DNA of 64,000 bases from Octopus vulgaris. Its lineage: Eukaryota. The translations under genes and the position numbers were made by a program. Shown in pieces: positions 1-14,300 of this stretch. The stretch spans positions 147,994,001-148,058,000 of the forward strand of contig OX597814.1 of assembly GCA_951406725.2 (NCBI GenBank). Reading direction: 5' to 3'. Position 1 is the first letter of the stretch; the number at the start of each line of letters is the position of its first letter. The notes beneath the pieces are model-generated. The model searched no databases. It saw only the letters and a list, made by a program, of their open reading frames with translations, and was not told where the DNA came from.

Positions 1-230
1 GAATTGTGTTCTTGAGCAAAAAACTTCATTTCACATTACTCAAGTCTACTTAACTGACAAAAATAAGTAATACTGCGACGGGGCGGCGTCCCGTCCAGGT
101 GGGAAATGTAGACGCCAGCGTACCATCCAGGTTAGGAATATATACGCCAGCATCCGTAGACGTGGGGGAATACGCCATGTAAATCGGGAAACCGCCCCTA
201 TAAGTCTATATGACTCGGAATGGAACTTTG
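1..230 (+). mobile_element. 5'-truncated CORE-type SINE (CORE domain plus 3' tail)
   Basis: ttgtgttcttgagcaaaaaacttcatttcacattactc matches the central domain of the full copy at 31424 (tgtgttcttgagcaaggcactttatttcacgttgctc). The tail holds three imperfect copies of a short unit (tccaggt.ggaa...acgcca). Confidence 0.6.
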
Positions 231-1654
231 CTTTTTACTTTCTGAGTGTGTTTGCTCGCGCGTTTCTGTATGAACGAACCAGCCATTTGAACTACATATG
301 ATTGATCCATTGTTTATATGTTCTTCTAAATCAGATATCGTTCCCTTTTGAATCAGGACATTATCTTTTCCTTCATCATGCACGTCACTCTGGATATCAT
401 TTACCTTTTTTTTCTTTTTCTGGGCCGTAAAACACTTCACGTTGAACTTAGAATTTGTTCCTTCGTTTATTTCACTTGTCTTTGGCAAGGTCTTGTTCTT
501 TTATCATTTCTTTAATTCGCTGATTGCCTCGAATGGTTTTCCATTCCTTTTCAGCCTTGTCATCATTGAGAAGCAGCAGAGTGTTACTAGTGGGTGTACT
601 AAACACGAGCTACTTTTGCTAGCTCACCTGCTGCACATCTTTCTTTCTCTCTCTCTCCCTCTCTATCTATCTCTCAGTTTCTCTCTCTATCAATCTCTAT
701 CTCTATGTCTTTTTCCCTCCTTTCTTCCTTCTGCCTTGCGTCGGAATTTCTACCTCGTGGCTTTCTTATAATACTGAGGTGATTCATATCTCCCCCGACA
801 AATATAACACATATTCCCAAATACATATAAAAAAATTGGACGTTCTTCACTGCATCAGCAATTAATAGTTTCGTCCGGTACCCAAGATATAATAATGTCC
901 AGTTTAGCTTTCTGGTCTTTTGGATTCACTAACGCTTGCATTTCCAACATAATCAAACAGTATCCTTCCAATCACGTACTATTTCTTGTTAATACTTCCC
1001 TCAGTTGTCTGTACTATAACGCAAAGGTGACTACGAGCCAAGACTGAATACCATTTCTAATATCCCAAGTTATGTCTCTTGTATTCCATCCCCCCCTATA
1101 ATTTACAGCACCAGACTTTGGGCAATCTTGTGGCACATAAACTCAGTTTGTCATATTGCCTGATTCAGCTCTGATAGATGGGAAACCGCAAGCCTGAGAG
1201 TGTATGGAAAGCGTTTCATAATTGGAAATATATGTTATGCCAACTTCGTCTTTCCCATGATTTTATACATGCACCGAGCAAGGTTGTATTATTTTCGCAA
1301 CACTCTACTCCGATAAGATTTTTTTTTTTCTGCAAATTGATTTATTTCCAAGGATTGTTCGTGGCTCACTACACAAAGAAAACTGCTAAGTTATTATTAG
1401 CGGATTTGTTAATAGTTGGTTTGTCAAAATTTGAAATGATTTGTTAGCTCAATGATAATAGTTGTATGTAAGTCTTCTGTTCTTTATATCCGTTTTATTT
1501 GAAAGTATAAATGGTATTGATATTGTTATAAAACTCTATTCTAACCATCAAATGAGGAGATGCCATGTTCAGAAATATGTTTGTGGTTTTCCAGTTGCAA
1601 CAAAAATGGAATCTAAACTCTTTATGTCCCGCGAAAGGAACAAAAATTCTCGAT

Positions 1655-1751
1655 AGAAACACGCGTACGTTAAGCTCATGCATCCCATAACACGGGCACA
1701 TAGAAACCGGGAAACCGGGCCCATGAGCCTAGCCAGGCTTTAAAAGGACGC

Positions 1752-1812
<61 letters not shown>

Positions 1813-1830
1813 GTTGTTGTTGTTGTTGTT
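1655..1830 (+). repeat. Probable SINE 3' tail followed by (ATT)n/(GTT)n microsatellite
   Basis: gaaaccgggaaaccgggcccatgag resembles the tail at about 180-200 (aatcgggaaaccgcccctataag) and runs into (att)n. Confidence 0.4.
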
Positions 1831-3071
1831 GGTATCATTCATTGTGACTTAACTTTTATTTAAGGCGATATTTAATTGGATTGAGAGCGATTTTGTGGCT
1901 GTATTTAGTAGGTCGAATGAGCAGATATATTCTTTTGCTACTGTTTGTGAAATTGTTGATGGTTAAGCGCGTTAGGACTCTGCATGATGCTCATAATGAT
2001 AATTATGAGAATGTTGATGATGATGGAGAAAAGGAAGAGGAAAAGTAGAAAGGTAAGCGGATCATATAACTAGGAAGAAGATTGTGATAACGATGATGAT
2101 GATAATAAGGTGGGGGAGGAGGTATGATGAAGGACTTGAGAAATTATACCAATAGAAAGAAAAACTAATTAAAAGAGAATATGAAATTGAAGAGGAATAG
2201 AAAGAAGAACGATGAGGTAGAGATGGAGATGTAAGAAGGAAAAGAAAACGATAAATGAAAGGAACATTAGTGGGAGAAAAATCCTACGGGATTTATATCA
2301 CTTAAACATGAAATCAAAATAAAATTCAAAACAAAAACGAAAAACTGAAAACTATAAATCAAAATCTTAAATGAAATTTGAATACAGAGGCTTAGATATT
2401 TATCTCAACTTATAAAGGGAATTGGAAATTCTATCAGATATCAGAAGTTGAAATCTCTTGAGATGTGTTCGAAACTTTTTAATGGTTTATTAATAGGTGG
2501 AGCCGTAATCAGCAGAAGTGTCAGAAACATGTTGTAGAAGACGGTAATTAAAAACAGGTGTAAAGTTTATTTGGATTGTGAGAGATTTCTACTAAGCGAA
2601 TTTGGTTGCTTTTGTTGTTGTTTTTCTTGAGTTTATTATTGCTGTTATTAATATTGCTGTTAGTGGTATTGAAGTAGTGATAATGGCAGTAAGTGTAGCA
2701 GCAGCATCCTCATCCTCCTCTTCATCATCAACATTATCAATAGTGGTAGGAGTTGCAGTAATAGTTGGAATTTGGTTTTACTGTATCTATATAGTTTAAT
2801 TTTGCAGAAATGAGAAAACATCAACAGAATAGAAAGAACCGCATATTGGAACTAAAACATGCTGAAATACACACACTATCGTATACATTTATATACGTGT
2901 GTACACACACACACTCGCGCGCACACAAATACTCGCACACAGAGTTTATGAAATCATTTTCTTGCAACTTGTCTTAAATGCAGTTTGGTTTAAATACGCG
3001 ATGCACAATAACATGAATCGAGTCTTCTTTTCTTCATTTATTCGCCAGAAATCAATGATTGAATACACTAT

Positions 3072-3139
<68 letters not shown>

Positions 3140-4164
3140 CTGTAGATGTGGAGCGGAATCAACTTGAATTATCAGAAATACTTCCTTTGTGGATATTTTC
3201 TTTTGTAACGTGTGTGTAAAATAAATTTAGAGATGAGACGCTTACATAATATAATATATCCTATCGTGTATATAAAATGTAACAGGTTTTAAATATGTCT
3301 CTAGATTTATGCATTATCCATCACATGAATATTGCAAGCTCGTCTCTTAAATGACACCTCAACAATTGGGAGAATACAAAATGTTGATTGTGGTTCATGT
3401 CAATGTCTTCGACAAAAACGTTAGTAAATTAGTTATTTAAGAACTGATACATATTATTAGGTATCTGCAACAAAAATTGCTATCATTTTCTCGACTGTGA
3501 ATAATGTATTTCAAGATTTGAATATTGAAGGCCAATAATTTCTTGCTATATCGGGGTATTCGTCTCATGTCAATATAGTTTTGGTGTCATTTACAGTATA
3601 TTACACAATTGCCAATTTTCCAATTCAGGGTTTTGGGCTCAGTAATGCTGAAGTATTGCACGAATCTACTTTTCTCAAGCATTGCATTATTAGACGTCTT
3701 TCATTACCTTCACGTTTACATACTGAACATGACGAAATTACTAGAAAGATCGGCGGAGTATGTCAATCTGTTGGTAATTACAACAAATTTTTATTCCATC
3801 ACACACTAAGTGTTACCCAACTACTGTTGTTTCAGAACACTAGGGTTCCGCGTCAAAGAGGATAAATTCACTAATTAAATAAATTTTTAAAATCATTTTG
3901 CGCTTTTTTCTATATTGTTATTTTTTGTTATAGACACTGCACACTGTTTGGCCTAGGAAAATCCTTTTATCTGTACTTAGGAGACTCTAAGGCAAAACGA
4001 ATCACATAAAATGGTACAGCAGAGGCAGTTTGTTTACATAAGTTCTTGGGTAAAACGAAATCTTTTAAATCTCTTTCATTTTCTATGGCGTCTAATGGAT
4101 TTAGTATGACCAAACCGTCACTGTAGGCCCTGTTACTGTTGTTGTTGTTGTTGTTGTTGTTGTT

Positions 4165-4255
4165 CACTCACGATCTGAGGATAATGATTTCGATTCCAGG
4201 ACCAGTTGGCACGTTGCGTTCATGAGCAAAACGCTTGTTTTTTTGTTGCTCTACT
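4165..4255 (+). mobile_element. Degenerate tRNA-head/CORE SINE fragment
   Basis: cacgatctgagg...ttcgattcc (B-box-like) followed by gttgcgttcatgagcaaaacgctt...ttgctc, collinear with the copy at 31424. Confidence 0.45.
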
Positions 4256-4458
4256 GCTGTGTGCAGCATGCCTAAAAGTGGTTGATGTCGGATTTGCATT
4301 CCGACCCCGTAAAACCCTCACTATCAACTGCTCAAACAGCTCCATAGACTGGGGAGTTGTGGCTTGAGTGGTGCAGGGCCGGGGCGTCATTCGCTAGTAG
4401 TTGGGAACCACCAGCAAACGGTGGATGCAGCGATGCGCTGTTACAGCACCTACACACA

Positions 4459-4524
<66 letters not shown>
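4459..4524. repeat. (TAC)n microsatellite
   Basis: Pure trinucleotide run. Confidence 0.95.
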
Positions 4525-4528
<4 letters not shown>

Positions 4529-6092
4529 TAACCGTTCAAAGATTTGGGACTCACTTAAGCTCTAACAAAATTCAATGTCATAAAGAAACTATACGACTTA
4601 ATAATGATACGTAATAACTCATATTTAAATGCTCCCCGTGGCACAAAAGGTTTTTCAGGAGGATTTTAAAAGAAAAATTCATGCTTTTTTTTTTTAACAT
4701 TTGTTTCTATGTTTCCCGATTTATCCCGTATATGTGGGAAGTCGTGACAGCGAAATCAGGGAAATCAGGAAAGTAACTAATGCTAAGAAACCGTGGTCAA
4801 GATTTATTTTTAACTTTTAGTATACCCTTGAACAAAGACACTATACATGATTCAGTTATGGGGAGACTAAACCTAAAAAAATAACAGAAAAAGAAGATGG
4901 AAAATGGTTATGGAAGGTATGGCTTTTTTCCGTGATTCTCACACATATGAAAAACATCTGACCGGGTGATAAATAGAAATAACAAGGCAATACTTTATTA
5001 AAGCTTAATTTATTTTCTTTTTTTTTTTTTGTGATACATACGTATAAACTCACTTTCCATATTTCAGCCAGGATTTACCATATCTCGTAGGAGGAAATTT
5101 ATATGCAAATAAACTTGGAAAGTAAATAACAATTGAGACAGATAGTCACTCATAGACTAACCAAATCAGTTAAATTACATCAGTTACTTTTGATGTCTAA
5201 CAAGTGCAAATTACATTTACACCAATTTTATCCCGGACTAAATTCTTAATGTACTCTGTATTATTTTGCTTTTTAACAGCAAGGTGTGCAATTTGAGGGA
5301 TATTTGTTTGCTACTTCAAGCATATCACCGGTCGAGTATAGGCTCTTTGTGTATTAGTGGGAAGCGTGAGGATCGATTAAATCAATGATACCACTTCTTA
5401 ACAACAAATCTGTGTTCATGTACCATTGTAAGAAATCGATATAAAGTAAAATGATCACTTGTATGGTGTCCAAAGAAATATACTGAGAAAAAATATTGTT
5501 TCACTAATTGCTAACAAATTACACTTTCGATCTAATGAGGTAAACTTTTGTTGATGTTTAGCTCCGAGTCAAACATGACCGAGCATGATATCTGATCAAA
5601 GGATTTCCTGACGGGTCCCTCATATATAGGATTATTTAGTAACTGATGCATAATTTCCTTACTGCAGCAAAGCTTAATAACTTGCGAGAAACTTTGCTGC
5701 TATAAATAGCAGGTCTAGAAACAATAGCGAGGTTTTACTTTTGCTTTGTCGAGTTGATGTGCTTTTAAAGGGATTAATTGTTACTGTGCACTAGTTGCTT
5801 CCGGACACTTACCGGGAAGGTCTGCAACACCATACGTCTTTACAATAGAATATAATATATACTCAAACATATTTCAGCAGCTATATATCGTGACTTGGAC
5901 TTATCTCATATATAGTAGGAGCATCAATTATTTTCCTTTTCATTTCACTTTAAACAGCAGTTGGAATTTCGGGGTATGGTAAAATCATAAATAAAACAAA
6001 ACAAGGTAATTCCAAATAATATGAGCGGACAATCCTAACACAGCGAAATAATAGCTAAGCGAAGAGAAAATTTATTTGTTATGAGAGTATGA

Positions 6093-6094
<2 letters not shown>

Positions 6095-6140
<46 letters not shown>
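6095..6140. repeat. (TC)n microsatellite
   Basis: Pure dinucleotide run. Confidence 0.95.
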
Positions 6141-6142
<2 letters not shown>

Positions 6143-6879
6143 CTCAAGTATTGTGACGTAATATTTACTATCCTGGAAAATAGATGCGTGAAACTATAAC
6201 ATTGCACCAGTCCTGTCATGCTGCATATCTCCCAATGTATGGAGGGTAGTGCATTGAGTTAAGTCGCTGGACAATCACGTGGTTTTCGATTCCGACATAA
6301 GCTTCAGCTCCTTATACAATTATATGTCATGGTAAATAGTAGAATCAAATCAAGTTGTAATGATGTTCAATATTCATGGTTAGTGAACATAAACCTATAT
6401 AAATTTTAGATAAAATATTTAACAAGAAATTTGTCTTTGCATATTGTCTACCTATCTACACATACCCCTGCCAATGCACATACTTTCTAACCTATAGAAG
6501 TAATATTTGATAACCAACTGCGATTTCTTAGACTGTGGTAGACTCTTCTCAAACCAAGGCTGCTGAACTAAAAATGTAGAAGCTTTTGAAATTAATGTAC
6601 TTTTCCTTGAGGGGTGAAGCATAACCTATCACCTTGATTATTACAAGAAAGTCGGACAACGACGCTTTTATGGCATCCATTGTATTGTATAATTTCAAAT
6701 CTAATATCCAGATGTGCCTTCTCAATCACGCCTACAGTCTTGAACGTCATTCCAAGAAAGAATCATTGGTATTGTTCTTCTTCGTGTCTCAGTTTTAAGA
6801 ATTGGAATAAAATATATTAGCTACAAATAAACGCATATACCTGATTACACATATTCATACAACCATATAAATGTTTACA

Positions 6880-6953
6880 CACATAGATACATACATATAT
6901 ATGTGTACCTATATGTATATATATATATATGTGTGTGTGCGTATGTATATATC

Positions 6954-7012
<59 letters not shown>

Positions 7013-7025
7013 ATATATATATGTG

Positions 7026-7074
<49 letters not shown>

Positions 7075-7168
7075 GTATGTGTAGGTATATATGGAGATAT
7101 ATATGCATGCATATATGTATATATATATATATGTATGTATATATATATATATAAGTATATATGTATGT

Positions 7169-7217
<49 letters not shown>

Positions 7218-7285
7218 AATGTATATATTATGTATGTATAGATAGATAGATAGATAGATACATACATACATACATACATACATAC
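6880..7285. repeat. Compound (TA)n/(TATG)n/(GATA)n microsatellite
   Basis: Seen directly; it is the source of the YIYI ORFs. Confidence 0.95.
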
Positions 7286-7668
7286 CACCCCTGCAGGCAT
7301 TACCATTCGTAATAGCCGAAGAATTCGTTTCACCTATAAACCGTACTGAATTCACCTAGTCAAGCAAAATCCGTCACCTTTTGCGTATGTCCTAACAAGG
7401 GCTGCAAGAAGAACCCATTCTTTTCGGACTAATATATATATATATATATACATAAATGTATATATTATGTATGTATAGATAGATAGATAGATAGATACAT
7501 ACATACATACATACATACATACCACCCCTGCAGGCATTACCATTCGTAATAGCTGAAGAATTCGTTTCACCTATAAACCGTACTGAATTCACCTAGTCAA
7601 GCAAAATCCGTCACCTTTTGCGTATGTCCTAACAAGGGCTGCAAGAAGAACCCATTCTTTTCGGACTA
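7195..7668. repeat. Near-perfect tandem duplication, 237-bp period
   Basis: The unit (ta)n-cataaatg...(gata)n(cata)n-ccacccctgcagg...ttcggactaat occurs twice. The only visible substitution is gccgaa versus gctgaa. Confidence 0.95.
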
Positions 7669-8982
7669 ATAGGAAGAAAAAGAACAGGTTATTAAATCTG
7701 GCAGTAATAATCAGGCAGAAGACATCCATCGTTGCCATACGTTTATAATAAATTTCCTCCAGCAAACTAAAGATAAGATATTCAGTTGGCGTAGAGAGGA
7801 AAGCCATATGTTAACAAGCTGGAGAAAATAAATAATGAGTCAGACAGACGGTCACTCGCAGACACTAGACAAATCAGTTAAACTGCATCAGCCACCAACG
7901 ATGTCTAATAATAGAATCAACCAGCGCCATACCATTTACACCATGTACACAGTCAGACTTGGCCGAAACACCTTTCATCGGCACAAACATTTCACTAACA
8001 CTTCAACCCTTCCATTCCTGCAGGCATCCACTAACATGATCTGGTAATGTGCCAAATACATCTTCACATAAGTACTCTGGTCCTCTGCCCTCACCTTTCA
8101 ACCGGTTCAAAGATGGAAGGTGTGCGGCTGCTTTGAGCTGAGTGTATGGTGTGGCGAGGATAGCGGTGTGAACATTCTAAAGAATTAAATTATTTGTAAT
8201 ATTGATACTAGAAGGGGAATGTCTGCACACACTCACGTCTACAAACTTATGCAATAGACGCGTAGATATACACGCATACACGCGCACATGGAAGTACATG
8301 GAAGAGCACAAACATTTTACAAAACAGCTGTCATATGACCAGCTTTATCAACATTGCCAAACATATACAACACACATAGGAAAGATAGCTAAAGAGAGCT
8401 GGTTAGTGTAGATGCAATCAATCTATGTATCAGTGCATATGTGGCACAGGCTAACACAGAAACACGCTCCCGCACTCACACAGACACGTACGTACACAAT
8501 ACGCAAATACTCAGTCACACGAAATGCATGTTCATATTCTGATTTACATTTATGCATACGGATTCTTCGTGACTCTAATGTTCTAGAAATACACGCAACT
8601 ACAAACATATGCGTACACACACATCCATCAATATATATGTGTACATCCCCTAACGCGTGTGTGTGTGAATATACGTATTTAAGCCTGGTGTATGTCTGTT
8701 CCAATATTCATGCATAAATATGCTATTTCTTATAAGCTGAAAATCTGTACTAGAACGCAAGCTAAGCACATATGCGCCAAATAAATACAGCAACAAAGAT
8801 TAAATTTATATACTGTACTATATAGTACTACTAGAGAAAAATAGAGGTAACGATAATAAAATATGTAGGCAACTGTATTTAAATATGTATGTCATAGCAT
8901 TTAGTATACATTTATAGTAACAACGGAGTGCTCAATAAATGGAAAGGTCTAAAGCTATGGAATTTCAATGTTATATATGTAT

Positions 8983-9042
8983 ACACACACACACGCACTC
9001 ACGCAGGCACGCACGCACACACACACACAAAACACACAAACA

Positions 9043-9121
<79 letters not shown>

Positions 9122-9135
9122 ACATATATATATAT
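8983..9135. repeat. (CA)n microsatellite
   Basis: Seen directly. Confidence 0.95.
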
Positions 9136-9429
9136 TGCGAATTCGTATGTTGAAATAGGTATTGTTATATTTCCGGATGGCAATTTCTTCTTTTTTTGCG
9201 AAATAAACATACGCACTATACATTCTTTCTTCACTCATTTATTACTGTTCTTATTTTAACTGATGTCCATTGTCTGGAAATCTTAAGTCACACATCTGTG
9301 ACTTCTACACAAATTCTGTTTGTCATGTCTGTCTGACCCTCGGCACATTGAGTTATAAATGTATGACTAGATTATTTTTTTCTGCCGGCAAAGAATTTCG
9401 CCGAAAAATCGAAGTTATATACTAGACTA

Positions 9430-9700
9430 ACTTTCACAAGACTGTTGAAGGTTCACTTAGGGTATCACTAACTCAAGAATATTCGAAATTGACAATAAAG
9501 ACAGAGTTATGAAACTTAACATCGTATTCAGTAGACTCGGAAAAACATCTGGAAAAAAGGAGTATCAGCCTCAAAGCAAGTTGAAAGTACAGAGCCGTGG
9601 TTTGCCAACTATCTCTGATAACGGTTTTATATCAGGTGTTGTTACCTGGCATCTACACTCTCCTACGTAAGTCATCTTGTCGGAATAGACTAGAAAATGC
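9430..9700 (+). mobile_element. Decayed RTE-clade LINE fragment (region just after the RT domain)
   Basis: With frameshifts it reads approximately VFSRL-(R)KNIW-K-RSISLK-KLKV-(Y)RAVV-LPT, matching the RTE/BovB motif AFGRL...W...IS..TKLKVYRAVVLPTLLY. Confidence 0.65.
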
Positions 9701-11194
9701 CTCCCGAAATATCGTTTCCACAATATGTTGCTTCTTCGAGTGAGGATGTTCGGGTGATAGACGTATCAAATACTACAAGCACATGTTCCAATGCTTCCCT
9801 AAATTATTTGAGAAACAATACATAGCCTTATTTTGACAGGTCTACCTATTACAGTTTTATGGGAAATTGTGGAATATCATTTGATAAATAGACCAGGAGC
9901 AGACAATCTAAACAGATGTGGAATTATTTCAGGAAGTCCAAAGTTCTATGTATATCATTAAAAAGATTTCATTAATTCAGCCCAACGTACAACAGCTAAT
10001 TTTCAACTTATATTGGTGTTGTTATTAGCTGAAATCATCTGAATAATGAAATCCATGAAATGAGTCAATGTTATCGTCTTAGAGATGAACGAATATGTCT
10101 ACTCGCTCAAACTTTGGTTTTCCAAATGAAACAATATTAAATGCTAGTAAATGCTCAAATTACTTGCATTTTGTAACACTTCCGCTTTGTACATTTCTCT
10201 ACCAAAATCGTATATACATTTTAGTCTGAACAGTAGTAACACCAACGGGATTACACGGAAAAGTTCAGAGGTGAAAAGAATATATGTGACCTGGTTAGAA
10301 ATCAATATAAAATCGACCTAAATTTTAAATCTCATATCAACGTTTTGCTCGTAATTGTTTAGTTACGGGAATACTCTGATTGATGATATCTATGAGCGAA
10401 ATCTATGTAACCGCAGATAATTTTTATTCACTTACTGTAATTAGAACATTCTATATAGTGTACTATCTATAGACCGTATATATGATTTATAAAATGCTTA
10501 TGATTTATTCTATGACGGTCATATTATTTGTTAATGAATATCTATTGTTGCCGGTGTTAAGCTGTAGGCTATCTTTAACCTACGGCACCTCAGTTTCGTT
10601 AGAAGCTTGGTCATGCATTGTGATATTTTATGTACATATTTTCACATATATTTTGAAATGAACCTTTTCGTTTTGTGTTATGTTTGGCTTAATTTGGCAG
10701 GGTGGGAGTTACCAGTGCTAATATCTACTCCCAAGGCATCAGACGCAAAAATAGTCGTTGGTGAGTGATTCTTGTATAAATAATAATGTTATCTCCTGCT
10801 TTGTTATGGGTGCTACAATTGATATTCATTTCAAACATGACGTGCTCATATTTTATCGTAGCCTATATTATTCTATTGGCTTTCTTTGTTTATGTATATA
10901 TGAATTCTACTCATATTATATTGCAAAATTGTGATAGCTTCACCTTTCATCATTTTATTTTCCCTGCTAAAGCGTATAAAAAATTGCTACAATACGAATG
11001 TCAGATAGATAGATAGCTAGAGAGAGAGAGAGAGAAGGGAGGGAGGGAAAGAGTAAGTAAAGTGGTGTGTGAATTAGAGAAATTCTAGTTCAATCATTTC
11101 GTAATTTTTTTCGTCAACTCTATGATTAATGAAATTTTACAAGAACAGGTTGAGAAAATTAATTTAAAATACTGCCTATGATATTTCTGTGGAG

Positions 11195-11255
11195 ATATAT
11201 ACATACACACATGAATATACATACATACATACATACATACACACATGCACACACA

Positions 11256-11347
<92 letters not shown>

Positions 11348-11380
11348 TGTGTGTGTATGTCTGTGTGTGTGTGTGTATGG
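11195..11380. repeat. Compound (CATA)n/(TA)n/(TG)n microsatellite
   Basis: Seen directly. Confidence 0.95.
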
Positions 11381-14300
11381 GTGTGTTTGAATGTATATGG
11401 CTTTCTTCTCCAAATATGATTAAAATTAGCGTCATTAATTATTGAGGCGGTGAAAGGATTTCGCAAAAACTGTAAACAAACGTTCTTAAATTTCAACTCA
11501 ATTCAAAATGAATGGTATACAGCCATATTTCATTTTCAAAATTGCACAGTGTTTTCATGCTAGAATAAATATAAGCAAATTAATTGCAAGAATTTCACTG
11601 CGTTCACTTGTTTTTCTGTTTTTAAAATTCATTTTTTTACTATTTTTTTTTTTTGATATCTTGAGAATTCTATATTTCCTATGAAGTAGGTTTTACTTTC
11701 AAATTTTAACGTTTATTTCGCTAATTCTTTGAGAGAGTGTTGATTATCTCTCACACAATCTTATTTCGCTTCGTTCAGAAATCATTAACGCTCCGCCGTT
11801 TTAAGTAATCGATGGCTTTCAGAGAATGATGTAAATGTATATGCATGAGTAGCAATGAAAAAAAAAAAAAAAGATACGCGGCTTCTCCCCTTTCGGGGAC
11901 TTACAATTAAATGCCTATTGCAGAAAGAAGTTACTTTATATACCGTAATTGACGATTGTATGAATATATTTCATACAGTGTTTATCAACACTTTAATTAG
12001 AAGCTCTTATGTGGTGAGAAACATACTTATATCAATATGTTAAATACTAAGGCATGTATGAGTGACAACTTTGAGCATGTTACAGTCATATTAGAGCTTT
12101 TCAGCGAAGGAAAGATTTCAGCCTGGTTACCAAATTACCAAGTAGGCAATAGTAATTATTTTACTACAACACCTTTCTATATACACGCCCACTTCCCCCA
12201 TAAAAACTGAAAACACAGCACTTAGACTTAAAGTGTATGAAATGAGTTGTACTTTTCTTTTTCTCGTCCTTTTATTTAATTTAATATGAAACAGCCTTTT
12301 CTTTTTTATTTCCTCGCTCTAGGCAATTATTAGCACTGACAAAATTATTAACGCTGACGTAATGTTAAATTTGGCAAGAAATGTTTCAAACAACGAGATT
12401 TATTTCTTATGACACTAAAATCTCAGCTACTAAGTTTTGAGTGCAAAATTTTCAGCAACAAAACACCTATAGGGTAATTAGATATACTCACACAGAATAT
12501 ACGTAATTTAAAAAGTGTAAAGCTAATGATGGCGAAATGAGTGAGTCTGTTTTCGGTAAACGAAACAGGAAGAAAGAGAGAAAGTGAGACAGAGCTGGAA
12601 TTAAGTGGTGGATAAAGAAACATAAGTGTGATGGGAGATTAAGAATGGAATGTGCATAAACTATTTTGATGTTAGTAACTAAGATGAATGTGGCTATATA
12701 TGTGTGCGCGTGTTTGACCGTATATTCGTTTTAAGAAATTTTAAAAACATAATTTTCTGTGCGTGTTTGAGTATGTGTACTTTTATATATCTATCAATTT
12801 TTAAAGCCATAGGAGTAGTAATACTGAGCTGCCTATCGGAGATTTCGTACTTGTAGTAATTCTAACAGTATGTTCTTTTATGTATAATATGATACGAAAA
12901 AATTATTTTGAAGGATTTTGGAAAAAAATGACCTCATTATATATTGTACATGTTTGTGATAAAACTCTTAAAGTTAAGTTGTGCCGATTAAAATATTTCC
13001 TATATTTATGATATTCAGGGAATTGTTATTTCATTATGTTTGAAAGTAAATTCAGTTATTTCCAATTAAATTAGATTTAGCATTTAAGAGGGATAAGCGA
13101 ATATGCACACATTTTCCTCGGGGAAACAAAAGTAGAATGACGTAAAACACGCTTTACAAAACGCGTTTTCAAACATTTGCTTTGATTCTAGTGTTTCTAA
13201 AAAGGGCATCTTGAATCTTCAAGGAGATTTGGCTGATAATTCTAAGTAGGTCATGCAAGGACATTTTGAATAATTCAACTTTAAAGTCACAATTTTCAAT
13301 TTGAATATTTTTGCTGGTTCAAACATTCCACAGTTTTGTATAGCAGATGGTGTAAACATAGTGATGTTTATTTCCGCTCAAATTTCATTACATAAGCACG
13401 ACTTCCTTAGCCGGAAGCTAAAGAAATTGGATTAAATCTCTGTACATGGGATGTGCATAATTAAAGTTAGATTACTCAGAAAATGCCAATTAATTTAGGG
13501 TAAATTATTTATTTATTTAATACAAAGTTATGTAGACATATGCACCTTTACTGTAACGAATATAGCACTGTGTCTGTGTGCGTGTATGTGTATGCTGTAC
13601 ACTTCCTAACAGCGCGACACGTAGACTACAGTTTGCGGTGGGTATGCACACATACACACTCACGCACGCACATGAATAGTGCATATACGTAAGTGGCATT
13701 ATTTATATTAACATCAGGGTGCATATTTTAATAGCAGTTATAGACGAAATATTTTGTGTTTTTTTAATGTTTGTTAACACCATGCCAACAAATAGGCGAA
13801 ATATAAATTCAGCTAAGCGGCACTTCTTAATGTCTTTCCAATTGTCTACAAAAATCTTTGAAATTATAAGATCTGATTATGTATAAATGAATCGTATATT
13901 CATGCGTATATATAATCGTCGGCAGACCTTCCAATACAGTGAATTATAAATATTCAGTTATAACAACTAGTTATCGGTACATCTATGGTTAAGCAGAGAT
14001 GCTACGCGTATTTACTCATATATATATATAACATGTTTTCCATACACTTCTACAAGTAAAAATCAAGTATCAAATCCTCTAGTATAATCGTCCCTATTTA
14101 CTAGTAACGTATATATGCTCTATGTGAAATGGATCACAAACTTAGATGAAGCGGAGCTTTTTATGAATATGTAAACAATTCACAAACTTCTTTGACATAT
14201 ATATAGACTATCACAGTGTTTGGCACCAGATAGGCAGAATATAGGATAGTAACAAAAAACTGGGACACGTATTACCGGTTAGCATTTGTCTTCCGTCTAA

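Noticed and set aside
7285-7668. Retrozyme-like tandem unit (CTGAAGA at about 7553)
   Set aside because: No stem II or GAAA follows on either strand, and the first copy reads CCGAAGA.
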